NCBI GenBank assembly: GCA_010909165.1
Contig: VJWM01000173.1
Coordinates: 310,001-374,000, forward strand
Length of the DNA stretch: 64,000 nucleotides
Origin: Anthoceros angustus
Taxonomy: Eukaryota > Plantae > Anthocerotophyta
Direction: 5' to 3'
Shown: positions 1 to 10,360 of the stretch, piece after piece
Layout: each line of letters starts with the position of its first letter
Numbering within the stretch: the stretch's first letter is position 1
Program-made: the position numbers and the translations under genes
The notes under the pieces: model-generated
Database searches by the model: none
Seen by the model: the letters and a program-made list of their open reading frames with translations, nothing else
Told to the model about the DNA's origin: nothing

Positions 1-1590
1 CCCAGCTGCTAAGGAAGGCCGCCGACACTGAGGCCTCCATGGCCAGCAGACCTTTGCCCCCAAAAAGCGATAGGAAGGGACGCCTGCCACTTTCGTGATT
101 ACCCGTCACCATGTCAAACGTTTCGTTGAACACACTCGATTATTTGTTGGCTACCTACCCTATGCTTGAATTTTGTCCTTGTAATTTTACAAAAATAAGT
201 ATTAATTAGCAAGTAGTCATTTAATCAAATATCTAGACATCCATTTGGTGCATATGTATCAGTAGTTCTTTGCATAGGCATTCCTTGAATTTTCTTACTA
301 TCTTTTGTTTATTGTATAGATAGAAACAAGATGAAGTATCATATGCTTGTAGATAAGTAGTATGAAGTTTGGGAACTTATAGGACAATCCCCCCCGCGAT
401 TGAGACTCACGGAGCTATGGGCAAAGGATTGTGCAAATGCCTACCACAGTCGTGAGAACGGGGTGCGCCTCCATCTTTCCTCGGAGGTGGCTTTCTTTCG
501 ACAGTGAGTATCCATCGTCTTACGGGTGCTGCTCGATGCTATTTACGGGACGACAACGAGCGCAGGAGACGTGGCGTCATAGGTACTAGTTGGAGGTAGG
601 CCTTTCCTCGAACCACGACATAATCAGGGCGATAACCTCATCTCAAAGCACAACATAATCAGGTCGTGGTAAATAGCTTCGGGTTTGGCATTTGGAAGCT
701 TAGCCCTTCCCGGCTCTTGGCCCTTCAGTGGGTTGTCCCCTCTCGTTTCGGTATAGATGACTTTTCCATTTCTTCTTTCTAATAAAGTCTCCATTGCCCG
801 TTACCCGTATGGACGGAAGTTCATACTCCCGAAAAGCCCACTTGGAAATTTATCTAGGTATCGGAAAAAGGAATTAAGTGGCGAGTGACAAGTGAGATGG
901 AATGTGAGGGTTTGATTCTCTCAAACCTCAAACATGTGACGCGACTAGGTAGCTCTAGTTTGCGCGTGTTGGCAAGGTGCTGGGCTCTGAGCCACACACA
1001 CGCGCACACAAACACACAACACAACGTTGGCTCGCCGCTGGAGTGGGCGCAGCGGCAGCGGCAGCTCCTTCGGACTCGTCTTGGGCTTGGTCTTCTGCCT
1101 TCTCTCTCCTGGCCCCTGCTAGGCCAGCCACAGGACCTGCGCGCTGCACGCATCCAGAGGCTGCCACAATCCCAGCGCAGGACCGGGACTCGGATCTCGC
1201 CTGCCCGCCTCCTGCCGCACCCGGGGGCATGCCGTGCCTCCCTCGAGTTTGAATTTCACGCAGGTGCAGTGCGCGGCTGTGCTCTGCGCCGGGAATGCGC
1301 AAGCCTACTGCGGCAGCTGTGTTGCGCGACCAGGATAGAGCGGGACTGTCGATCCGGGCACGGGCAGCCAGGCCGGTGACGTGAAATTGGCTCGGATCCT
1401 GGCTGCGGGGCCATGGAATTGGCGCGGGCCTTGTAATTACCAGATGACGGGGAAATTGGCGCCTGACTGACCGCTCTGTGGCGGGACAGGTGGATGACCG
1501 GCAGCTTGAGCGGAGATGCGAGGGACCGAACACACGGCTGGACACGGCTCTGGAAGCCGCTTGCATTCTCGCTCCCGTCTAACTTAATTG

Positions 1591-4500
1591 ATGTCGCAGA
1601 AAAAGAGGCTGAGCAGCAGTAGCAGCGGGAGTCCAAGTTCAGTCATGTTTTCCGCGACAAAGAAGCCCAAGCCGCAGCCGGTTGATCCTTACGACAAGAA
1701 TGGGATTGCGCATATTGGCGATGACCAAGACCTCATGCTTATTGACCTAAAGACGGAGGGTGGAGTCATGGCAAACACGGCAACCGCGGTTGGCCTGGGG
1801 AGTGCCACCGTCGGCTCTGGCACCACCGCTAATTTGTCCAGGAAGAAGGCCACTCCCCCGCAGCCGGTCAAAAAGCTGGTGATCAAGCCCTTCAAAGGTG
1901 TGTGTCTGATTGCCTTTGTTCGTGGTGAGACATTAGGTTGAAGTGATGCTGTGGCTGCTATGACTAACTTTACTGCCGGGATCCTGGACCTGTGTCCGGC
2001 TTGTGTTTTCTCACTCGTGCCGGCCTCATGTTTGGGCTATAGCTTGGGAGCGGACTGGTTCTCACCGTGGTTGAGTAATATGCATGATACAGCTGTGGTT
2101 GTGTCTTGCCGCTTTTCGTTTCACAGGTTTAAACTTGTTGTCATCTCCATGAGGCCTGCACAGTTAAAGAGAGAACGATTAGTACGTGTTTTGAACTGTA
2201 CCATGTTTTTCACAGATAAGCCAAAATTACCAAGCAATTTCGAAGACATTACTTGGCTCAAGATTAAGGAGGCTGTAACAGCCATTCACTTGAAGCAGCC
2301 TGTATCATGCAGCCTAGAGGAGCTGTATCGGGTGGGTTTTACGGAGGTTTACCACATCGATCTTGTTTTCTGTACTGTGCTAGATATAGTCCTAATACTA
2401 CTTGTGATTGGGGGTATACAGGCAGTTGAAGATCTATGCCTTCACAAGATGGGGGACAAGTTATATAGACGACTGCAGCAAGAATGTGAGATGCATATCA
2501 CGGACAAGTTGAGGTCTCTGGTGGGACAGAGTCCTGATGCTGTTGTGTTCCTCTCGCATGTTGAGAGGACATGGCAAGACCACTGTGATCAGATGCTCTT
2601 GATTCGGGGTATTGCACTGTATCTGGACCGGACGTATGTTATCCAAAATTCGAATGTTCGCTCCCTTTGGGATATGGGGCTTCAATTGTTCCGCAAGCAC
2701 TTGTCTGCTTTTCCAGAGGTGGAAAACAAGACCGTAACAGGTCTTCTGAGGCTGATCGAGAAAGAGAGGTACAGTCTGATTTTCAGAAGCTGAACATTAT
2801 CTGAAGGATATGAGTCTGCCTACCTTTTGGGCTTTGTTGAGGTGATTTGATGTGATGGGATTGCTTGTGTTTTTTTTTTTCTTGTGAGCAGGATGGGCGA
2901 GACAGTTGATAGGACTCTTTTGAAGCACTTGTTACGGATGTTTAGTGCATTAGGGATATACTCAGAAAGCTTTGAAAGGCCCTTTCTTGAGTGTACCTCT
3001 GAATTCTATGCTGCTGAAGGGACAAGATTTATGCAGCAGACTGATGTTCCGGATTACCTTAAGCATGTAGAGGTGAGCTCATCTGAAGATAAAGCGGGTG
3101 GCCCCCTTTGCCAGTCTCAAGAGTCTTTAAACTAAGGGGGGTGGTGTAATATATGTTGCAGGCAAGGTTGCATGAGGAGAATGAGCGCTGTCTTTTGTAT
3201 TTGGATGGCAGTACACGTAAACCACTGGTTGCTGCAGCTGAGAAGCAGCTTCTCGATCGACATACTTCATCTATTTTGGACAAGGTGTAGATCTTTTCTG
3301 TGCGCTTGTGGGGCTCTTACGTTTCTTTGATCACCTAGTGTGGAGGCTGTTTATCGAATGAAGTGGGCCTGATAATTCATATTGCTGTGGTGCACCAGGG
3401 TTTCAGTGTTCTCATGGATGGCAACCGTGTGGTGGATCTACATCGAATGTATGCTCTCTTTGCAAGAGTGGCTGCGTTAGAGTTGCTGAGGCAGGCGTTA
3501 AGTGCTTACATCAAATCAACCGGCCATAGCATAGTCATGGATGAGGAGAAAGACAAAGATATGGTTTCGTCACTGTTGGATCTGAAGGCGCGCCTGGACG
3601 TTATTTGGGAAGAAAGCTTTTCCAAAAACGAGGGGTTTGCTAATACCCTGAAGGACGCTTTTGAACATCTTATCAACCTACGGCAGGTTGGCTCAGTTTG
3701 TTTTGGTTGAACAGTAGCTTCCCTTCCTGTGACTTGGATGCAACCTTAATGCTTTTGTTTGTTGGAAACAGAATCGGCCCGCTGAGTTGATAGCGAAATT
3801 CATTGATGGCAAGCTAAGGGCTGGCAATAAAGGCACTTCTGAGGAAGAGCTGGAGGGTACATTGGACAAAGTATTGGTCCTTTTCAGATTTATTCAGGTG
3901 AGCTTCTGCTAGTTCTGAGGGTTCGCAGTCACCCATTGCTATGTGTAATAAGCCTGAGAGCAGGTGCAGGTAAACATGACGTCTTGTTTCTTTGCTTCAG
4001 GGGAAAGATGTGTTTGAGGCGTTTTACAAGAAAGACCTAGCAAAGCGGCTTCTTCTTGGGAAAAGTGCTTCAATAGATGCTGAGAAATCAATGATTTCAA
4101 AGGTACTTGCTTGTCTAATCTAACACCTGTGTTCGCGGTTATTGACCTTTTGGATCGTTTGTTTACCTGTGTTCTTTACTAAGTAAGGTACTGTGTAATG
4201 CTTTGTACAGCTCAAAACGGAGTGTGGAAGCCAGTTTACAAACAAGCTTGAAGGCATGTTCAAGGTAACACTTGTAATCCAGTGGTCCTTCTTTTGTCTA
4301 AGCTCCCATCCTTTTGGAAGTTCCAAGTCCCCAGTCATGTGAAAAAATGATTATGGTATTGCAGGACATTGAGCTTTCAAGGGAGATCAATGACTCATTC
4401 AGACAGTCTGCACAGTCAAGATCAAAGCTTCCTTCGGGCATTGAGATGAATGTACATGTGCTTACAACAGGGTGGGTGTTTTGACTTATCTGCTTCAGCT

Positions 4501-5919
4501 ATGTGAATGTCTCACCTATGTGCTTAGTACATGTCTCCGTGCGTTGTGATGTGCTGCAGGTACTGGCCAACATATCCGCCAATGGAGGTGCGACTTCCAC
4601 ATGAGCTCAATGTGTACCAGGTTAGCTACTGATCTGTTTAAGATAAACTGCAGTAATTACTTAAACGCATGTTTTTGTTCACTTATTATATGTGATTATC
4701 TGCCCCCCCTCTTCTCCACAGCCCCACACACACCCAAACAATCTAGTATGAGCTATACTTATTTGTAGAACTGAAGAGGTTGTGTTAGCGGATTTGCAGG
4801 ACATCTTCAAGGAATTCTATCTTAGTAAGCACAGTGGGCGGAGACTTATGTGGCAAAACTCATTGGGCTACTGTGTTTTGAAAGCGAACTTTCCAAAAGG
4901 GAAGAAGGAGCTTTCAGTATCCCTGTTCCAGGTGTGCTTAAGGTCCTTCTCCTTTGCATGGGAAGGCAGAAATGCCAGGTCTTAGCAACCAGAAGATTTG
5001 TTGCCTGTTTTCATTTGTGACTTGTACTCATATGATTGCAGACGGTAGTGTTGATGCTCTTCAATGATGGGCACACACTCAGCTTCCAGGAGATTGCAGA
5101 CGCCACAGCTATAGAAGATAAGGAGCTGCGCAGGACTTTGCAGTCCTTGGCTTGTGGCAAAGTCAGAGTCCTACAAAAGGTAGGTTGTCAAACCGGAGCT
5201 AGGCTCTAGTATCACCTTGGCCACATGGAGACCATGGATCTGACAAAGTTGTGGTGATCCCTGCAGCAACCTAAAGGGAGGGAGGTGCAGGATGGCGACA
5301 GCTTCATTTTCAATGAGGAATTTGTGGCTCCTCTGTTCAGAATCAAGGTAAGATGCTGGTGGGCCCTTGATGAGGAGGGAGCAAGTGTTATCGGATGGGA
5401 ATGGTGAAGCACTTACTCTTCTTTGTTGTAGGTGAATGCGATTCAACTGAAGGAAACTGTGGAGGAGAACACTAGCACCACTGAACGGGTATTCCAGGAC
5501 AGGCAATACCAGGTGAGTTTTGTGTTTAGCCCCATGGCATTTGTACTAGTAAGTATGCATTGTTGAAGGCTGGTTATGAGTGTAGGCTCTCAAAAGGGCT
5601 TGACAAACTACTGTCTTGTGTCCGTGTTGCAGATTGATGCCGCTATTGTTAGGATCATGAAGACCAGGAAAGTGTTGAGTCACACTCTGCTGATTACCGA
5701 ACTATTTCAACAGGTACATTCTAGAAAGGTCGGTGCCTGTACTGCAGCGCTGGTGACGGAAACGTTCTTACTCAAAGATGCTTCTGTATGTGCAACGCAA
5801 TGCAGCTAAAATTCCCTATCAAGCCCGCAGACCTGAAGAAGAGAATCGAGAGCCTGATTGACAGAGAGTACCTGGAAAGAGACAAGAGCAATGCACAAAT
5901 ATATAACTACCTGGCCTAA
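1591..5919 (+). CDS. CUL4: Cullin-4 (multi-exon)
   Basis: The exons read [117 protein letters not shown] (neddylation site) and end in YNYLA*. They are joined by GT-AG introns. Confidence 0.97.
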
Positions 5920-6465
5920 TTCTCCAGCACGGCGCAAGGTGTTGGTGCCACAAGCATTTCTTTTTGGCACGATGAGGCTGGATGTATGGTTATACCGAGG
6001 GTCAGCTCGGACACTTCACACCTGCCTGTGAGTGTTGCTTGAAAGTACAGGTATGACGAGATTCTGTTGTCGTAGCTTAGAGCGTCCTTGAGACCCGTCA
6101 AGTCTCTCCCTTCTCTTGCCTCCGGACTGAGCAGCAGTTCAAGCGGAGAAAGAAAGTTGTGCTGTGCTCTGGGTGTGGCTGTGAATATGACCTCTGCCAA
6201 GGATTACCAATCAGCCCGCGTGCCACATTACTGCCGTTTGCAGAAGGTTCGAATTTCCTCGTAATGCCCGCCTCCGCCTGTTGTGTAACCGTCCATCTCG
6301 TGCCATCACAGGTTCGTGCCAGATGGAGCGCCACGGGTCCGAGGAGGACGCGTCCCGACGCGAGGCCAGACGACTGGATCCGTAGAAGTCCAGTCGGATG
6401 GAACTCGCATGGTTGGTCCCGGAATCATCGAATCATCCCCACCCCATCCCGTCCCATCCCACCGC

Positions 6466-6700
6466 ACAGGCGCAGGCACAGGCGCAGGCACAGGCACAGG
6501 CACGCAGCCCTGGTTTGGAAGCGTATTCCCAATCCGTCCCGCGGGCCATGGGGCAGCCAGCTTAGCAAGCTCCACTCCCGCCTTCAATAGTAAAGGCCGG
6601 CGTGAGAGGTGTAGTTCTGTGGGCGGAGCCAGCTCGCCGCCTTGCGTGAGCGCACATGATCTGCAGCCCGATCCCGATCCCGATCCCGATCCCGATCCGA
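6466..6700 (+). repeat. Short microsatellites (GGCACA/GGCGCA)n and (CCCGAT)n upstream of the PITP gene
   Basis: Tandem hexamers are directly visible at ~6466-6504 and ~6667-6700. Confidence 0.8.
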
Positions 6701-7039
6701 TGCCGCCGCATCCCCTTCAGCTCCGGCGGTGGTGGGCAGCACGATCCGGCAGGCAAGCGCACTTTGTGGCTATGGCGGAAGGCGAGAAGGGAAGGCAGGG
6801 CAGGGATCCGCATCATTTGTAGCCTGGTGCGTTTGAATTGCGCGGGAATGATGCATTGGTCGGATCCGGCTGTCATGGCGGTGCAGCTGGTGTGTCTGGC
6901 GGACGTTGCAGGGAGGCGGATCGGATCCGGCAGTGTGTGTTGATTAGGGAAGAGAAATTGGCATCCGTCACCAGGGTAGTGTAGTGTAGCATTGCAACAG
7001 GTAGGAGGAGGAGGAGGAGGAGGAGCATTTCAGGCTGCC

Positions 7040-8647
7040 ATGGTGTGCATCTGGGAGTACCGGGTGGTGCTGCCCTTCACCCTGGAGGAGTACAAGATCG
7101 CGCAGCTGTACATGGTGGCCAAGTACAGCGCCAGCGAGTCCAACGGGAGCGACGGGGACGGGGTGGAGCTGCTCAAGAACGAGCCGTTCGAGGAGGAGGA
7201 CCGCAAGGGGCAGTACACGCACAAACTCTACCACTTGGCGAGCAAGCTCCCGAGCTGGCTGGTGGGGCTCTTCCCCAAGAAGGCTCTCATGCTGGAGGAG
7301 GAGGCGTGGAACGCCTATCCCTACTGCATGACGGTGCTCAAGTGCCCCTTCTTCTCCAACTTCCGGCTGGTGCTGGAGACCCGCCACATCGCGGACCGCG
7401 GCAACACCACCAACGCCCTGGATCTGGACGCCAAGACGCTCAAGAAGCGCATCGTGGACTTCATCGACATCGCCATGGACCCGGTGGACAACTACGTGGA
7501 GGAGGAAGACCCCAGCAAGTTCCGCAGCTCCAAGACGGAGCGGGGGCCCCTGGCCGAGGGCTGGCACCTCAAGTGCGAACCTGTCATGTGCGCCTACAAG
7601 CTGGTGACGGTGGACGTACCGTACTGGGGCTTCGGCTCCCGCCTGGAGAAGTTCATCGGCAAGACGGCCCAGCGCAAGATCTTCCTGGAGGGCCACAGGA
7701 AGTGCTTCTGCTGGCTGGACGAGTGGTTCGGGCTCACCATGGAGGACGTGCGGCGCATGGAGCACGAGACAGCCGAAGCCATCCGCCGGGCCAGGGCCCT
7801 CGCCATCGGGCGCCCGGAGGATCTGGATCCCTCCTCCGACAACGCGGGGCCGGGAGCTGCTGCTGAGGAAGACGAGGAGGCGGCTGCGATGTCGACTTCC
7901 GGGCAGCGGGAGGAGTCCGAGGAAGCGGAAGCGCAGGAGGTGCTGGCCCCGCTCATCAAGGAGCTGGCCACTACCACCAGCAGGAAGGACTACTCCAGGT
8001 CCAACTCCCGGGAGCTGGCCAGCCCGCGCCTGCTGCGGCCGCCAAGCCTGGTAGGGCCTTCGGTGGCTGTGGGGATCACCACGCTCTCGGCCTCGGAGCT
8101 GGAATCGGAGTCCTTCGTGACCGACCGCGCCACCCCGACCCCGTCCATGCGATCCCCCAGAGGCGGCGCCGCCGGGAGCAGCGCCTTCCGTTCCGCCAGG
8201 AGTTCCTTCGCGGAAGGCCCGTCCTCGTCCTCGTCCCCGCGCCCGCCGCAGCACGCCGAGTCGTACGAATTCTACCCCAGCCTCGAGTCCAGCGGGGAGC
8301 GCAAGACCAGCCTGGGGAGCTGGCACTCCAACGCCAGCACCAGCGGCATCGACAACTCCGAGGCCGATGTGGTGTTGCAGTGCGTGGACGTGCTGGACAA
8401 GGTGATTGCCTGGACCAAGGCCCGCGCTACGCAGCAGCAGCAGCAGCAGCAGCCTCCTCCTCCGTCCCCGGCCCCGGAGCTCACCTCGGTTGCCTCCGAC
8501 AACGACAAGGAGGAGGACGGGCGCGGGAGGAAGGCCAACGCTCAGGCCCCCGAGCCGGTCAAGAGCAGCACGCCCTTCAGTCTGGAATACTACGTCTCCG
8601 TGCTGGACAAGGCCGTGTCGCTTCTCACCAAACGGAGGCAACTCTGA
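7040..8647 (+). CDS. START-fold phosphatidylinositol transfer protein (IP_trans family) with a long low-complexity C-tail; intronless
   Basis: Motifs EYRVVLPFTLEEYKIAQLYMVAK, GVELLKNEPF, GQYTHKLYHL, EEAWNAYPYC, EEDPSKFRSSKTERGPL, MCAYKLV and FCWLDEWFGLTMEDVRRME match PITP alpha/beta/RdgB. The single ORF has a strong GC3 bias. Confidence 0.95.
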   Translation: MVCIWEYRVVLPFTLEEYKIAQLYMVAKYSASESNGSDGDGVELLKNEPFEEEDRKGQYTHKLYHLASKLPSWLVGLFPKKALMLEEEAWNAYPYCMTVLKCPFFSNFRLVLETRHIADRGNTTNALDLDAKTLKKRIVDFIDIAMDPVDNYVEEEDPSKFRSSKTERGPLAEGWHLKCEPVMCAYKLVTVDVPYWGFGSRLEKFIGKTAQRKIFLEGHRKCFCWLDEWFGLTMEDVRRMEHETAEAIRRARALAIGRPEDLDPSSDNAGPGAAAEEDEEAAAMSTSGQREESEEAEAQEVLAPLIKELATTTSRKDYSRSNSRELASPRLLRPPSLVGPSVAVGITTLSASELESESFVTDRATPTPSMRSPRGGAAGSSAFRSARSSFAEGPSSSSSPRPPQHAESYEFYPSLESSGERKTSLGSWHSNASTSGIDNSEADVVLQCVDVLDKVIAWTKARATQQQQQQQPPPPSPAPELTSVASDNDKEEDGRGRKANAQAPEPVKSSTPFSLEYYVSVLDKAVSLLTKRRQL

Positions 8648-8825
8648 CGGACTCATCCCATTTTTCCTTTCCCCGGGCTCAGCCTCAGCCTCAGCCTCAG
8701 CCGGGACCCGCTACTTAGCTAGCTAGGGTTGAGTCGCCGAAGCGCGGAATCGTGCACTCCGATTGTACGCGATTGATTGTTTGTGCAGCATTTTCTTCAC
8801 AGAGATTGTCTTGGATTCAACCAGG

Positions 8826-9025
8826 CACTCTCTCATTGCTCGCCTAGTCTCATCAGATGCTTTGGGAAGGTACCCACACTCTGATGAGCCGCTTAGTCTG
8901 ATCAGGTGCTTTGGGAAGACACCTACACTCTCATGAGCCGCTTAGTCTGATCAGGTGCTTTGGGAAGATACCTACACTCTGATGAGCCGCCTAGTCTGAT
9001 TAGGTGCTTCGGGTACCGACACTCT
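8826..9025 (+). repeat. ~49-bp tandem repeat, about 4 copies
   Basis: The unit CACTCTGATGAGCCGCTTAGTCTGATCAGGTGCTTTGGGAAGAYACCTA starts at ~8826 (degenerate), 8877, 8926 and 8975. Confidence 0.9.
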
Positions 9026-9847
9026 TCGGAGCCGGGCGGTCTCACAGGCGTGCTGTTGATGCGCACCCCCTGAACTTGCGAATTCCATAGATATAAGGTT
9101 GTCGATACGCCCGTCGGGGCTCGTTAGCCTTCCACCTGTACCATGGTGTGCCATAACCAATTCCCATGATAAGAAAATTCCATCCAAGTGGACTAAAATT
9201 GCTTGCCTTCTTCCGGATTGTTCTTGTTCCCCTAATTTCCTCTCATAGGCTTCTTTTATGTGACAAGGTGTTGCTAATTGGCAAGGCTTACAAGGTTAAC
9301 GGGTGGGTGGACGTTCCGGCAGAGTCCTTTGTGGGTTTTGTGATTTTAACGGTCTCATGCGTTGGATGACCGTTTTCTGCCTCTTTTGTAGAACCCTTGG
9401 GAGCTGGCCAAGGCCATTAAGGGTGTTTCTCTTTAGCCGGCTCCACTGAGGTGCTCGCGTATGCGCTCTCCCATGTCCTCCCATGGCACACTTCCCATCT
9501 TTGCATATATTTATAAAGTTTTCACGTTCCATTATTTCAAATTTACCAAGTACGATAATCCTGAGTGGATATCAAGGGCCTCATATCTACTAAGTACGGT
9601 GAAGGGGTAGTATACATACACCTACCCTCAAATCTCAACGGCCCAGATAATGGACCCCAGTACTTTATAGGAATGGTGGAATACTTTACTTGGTGCAGTG
9701 AAAAGAATTAGACTACCGGTACCTATGCACGTCTGTACACTTATGGACTGGGTATGTAAATGATAAATCTAATCTGGCATTCCCCCTGTAAACTCTGGTG
9801 CTCTCCAAACGGTAACGGAACAGCACAGAGAGCAGGCACATCGGAAG

Positions 9848-10000
9848 GCATCGTTCTTGTCCGTTCAACGTACAGCAGGTGCAGCCGAGCGTGATTGCTG
9901 CCTGCCGCCAGGTACAGTATGTACATAATTGCAGCATCGTTCTTGTCCGTTCAACGTACAGCAGCTGCAGCCGAGAGTGATTGCTGCCTGCCGCCAGGTA
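9848..10000 (+). repeat. Two-copy ~86-bp-period direct repeat in the DCL upstream region
   Basis: GCATCGTTCTTGTCCGTTCAACGTACAGCAG..GCAGCCGAG.GTGATTGCTGCCTGCCGCCAGGTA occurs at ~9848 and ~9934. Confidence 0.85.
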
Positions 10001-10360
10001 TGTAATTGCAGAAACGGGCTGGGCTTCCCAGCATCCTGGATTCTCGAGGCACTGCCTGTGCCATGTGCAAAAGCTCAGGGGCACTCTCCTCCTACCGCTC
10101 CATCGCCAATTCCTCTTTAGCTTCTCGTGGGTTCCTCTTCAGTTTCTCGCGGGCTCCATCTCCAGGCTTTTCAGTGGGCCAAATCCCTCAGGGCGGCAAT
10201 GAGAACCACCGGGCCTTAGAGTTCGGCTGAGCAGGACCAAATTCTGGATTCGTATTCGGACTACTCAGGTTTGCATGCTGGTCTCTTGCAGCACTAAGTG
10301 CTAAGTGGTTCAATTGGGCCTCTGTGGGTTGTTCCAAATCAATCATGAACTTGGTGTTTG

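Noticed and set aside
1-40. Possible start of a minus-strand gene (MEASVSAAFLSSW) leaving the window
   Set aside because: Only 13 codons are visible, so it cannot be supported.
568-590. Helitron-like 3' end (GACGTGGCGTC hairpin + CTAGT)
   Set aside because: The stem is only 4 bp and no matching 5' end is identifiable.
6968-8656. 562-aa antisense ORF over the PITP gene
   Set aside because: It is a shadow of high-GC3 codon usage and has no recognisable domain.
8877-9025. CTGATGA as a hammerhead ribozyme core, C/D snoRNA box or CRISPR repeat
   Set aside because: There is no GAAA/stem II geometry, the box spacing is too short, and there are no unique spacers or cas genes.
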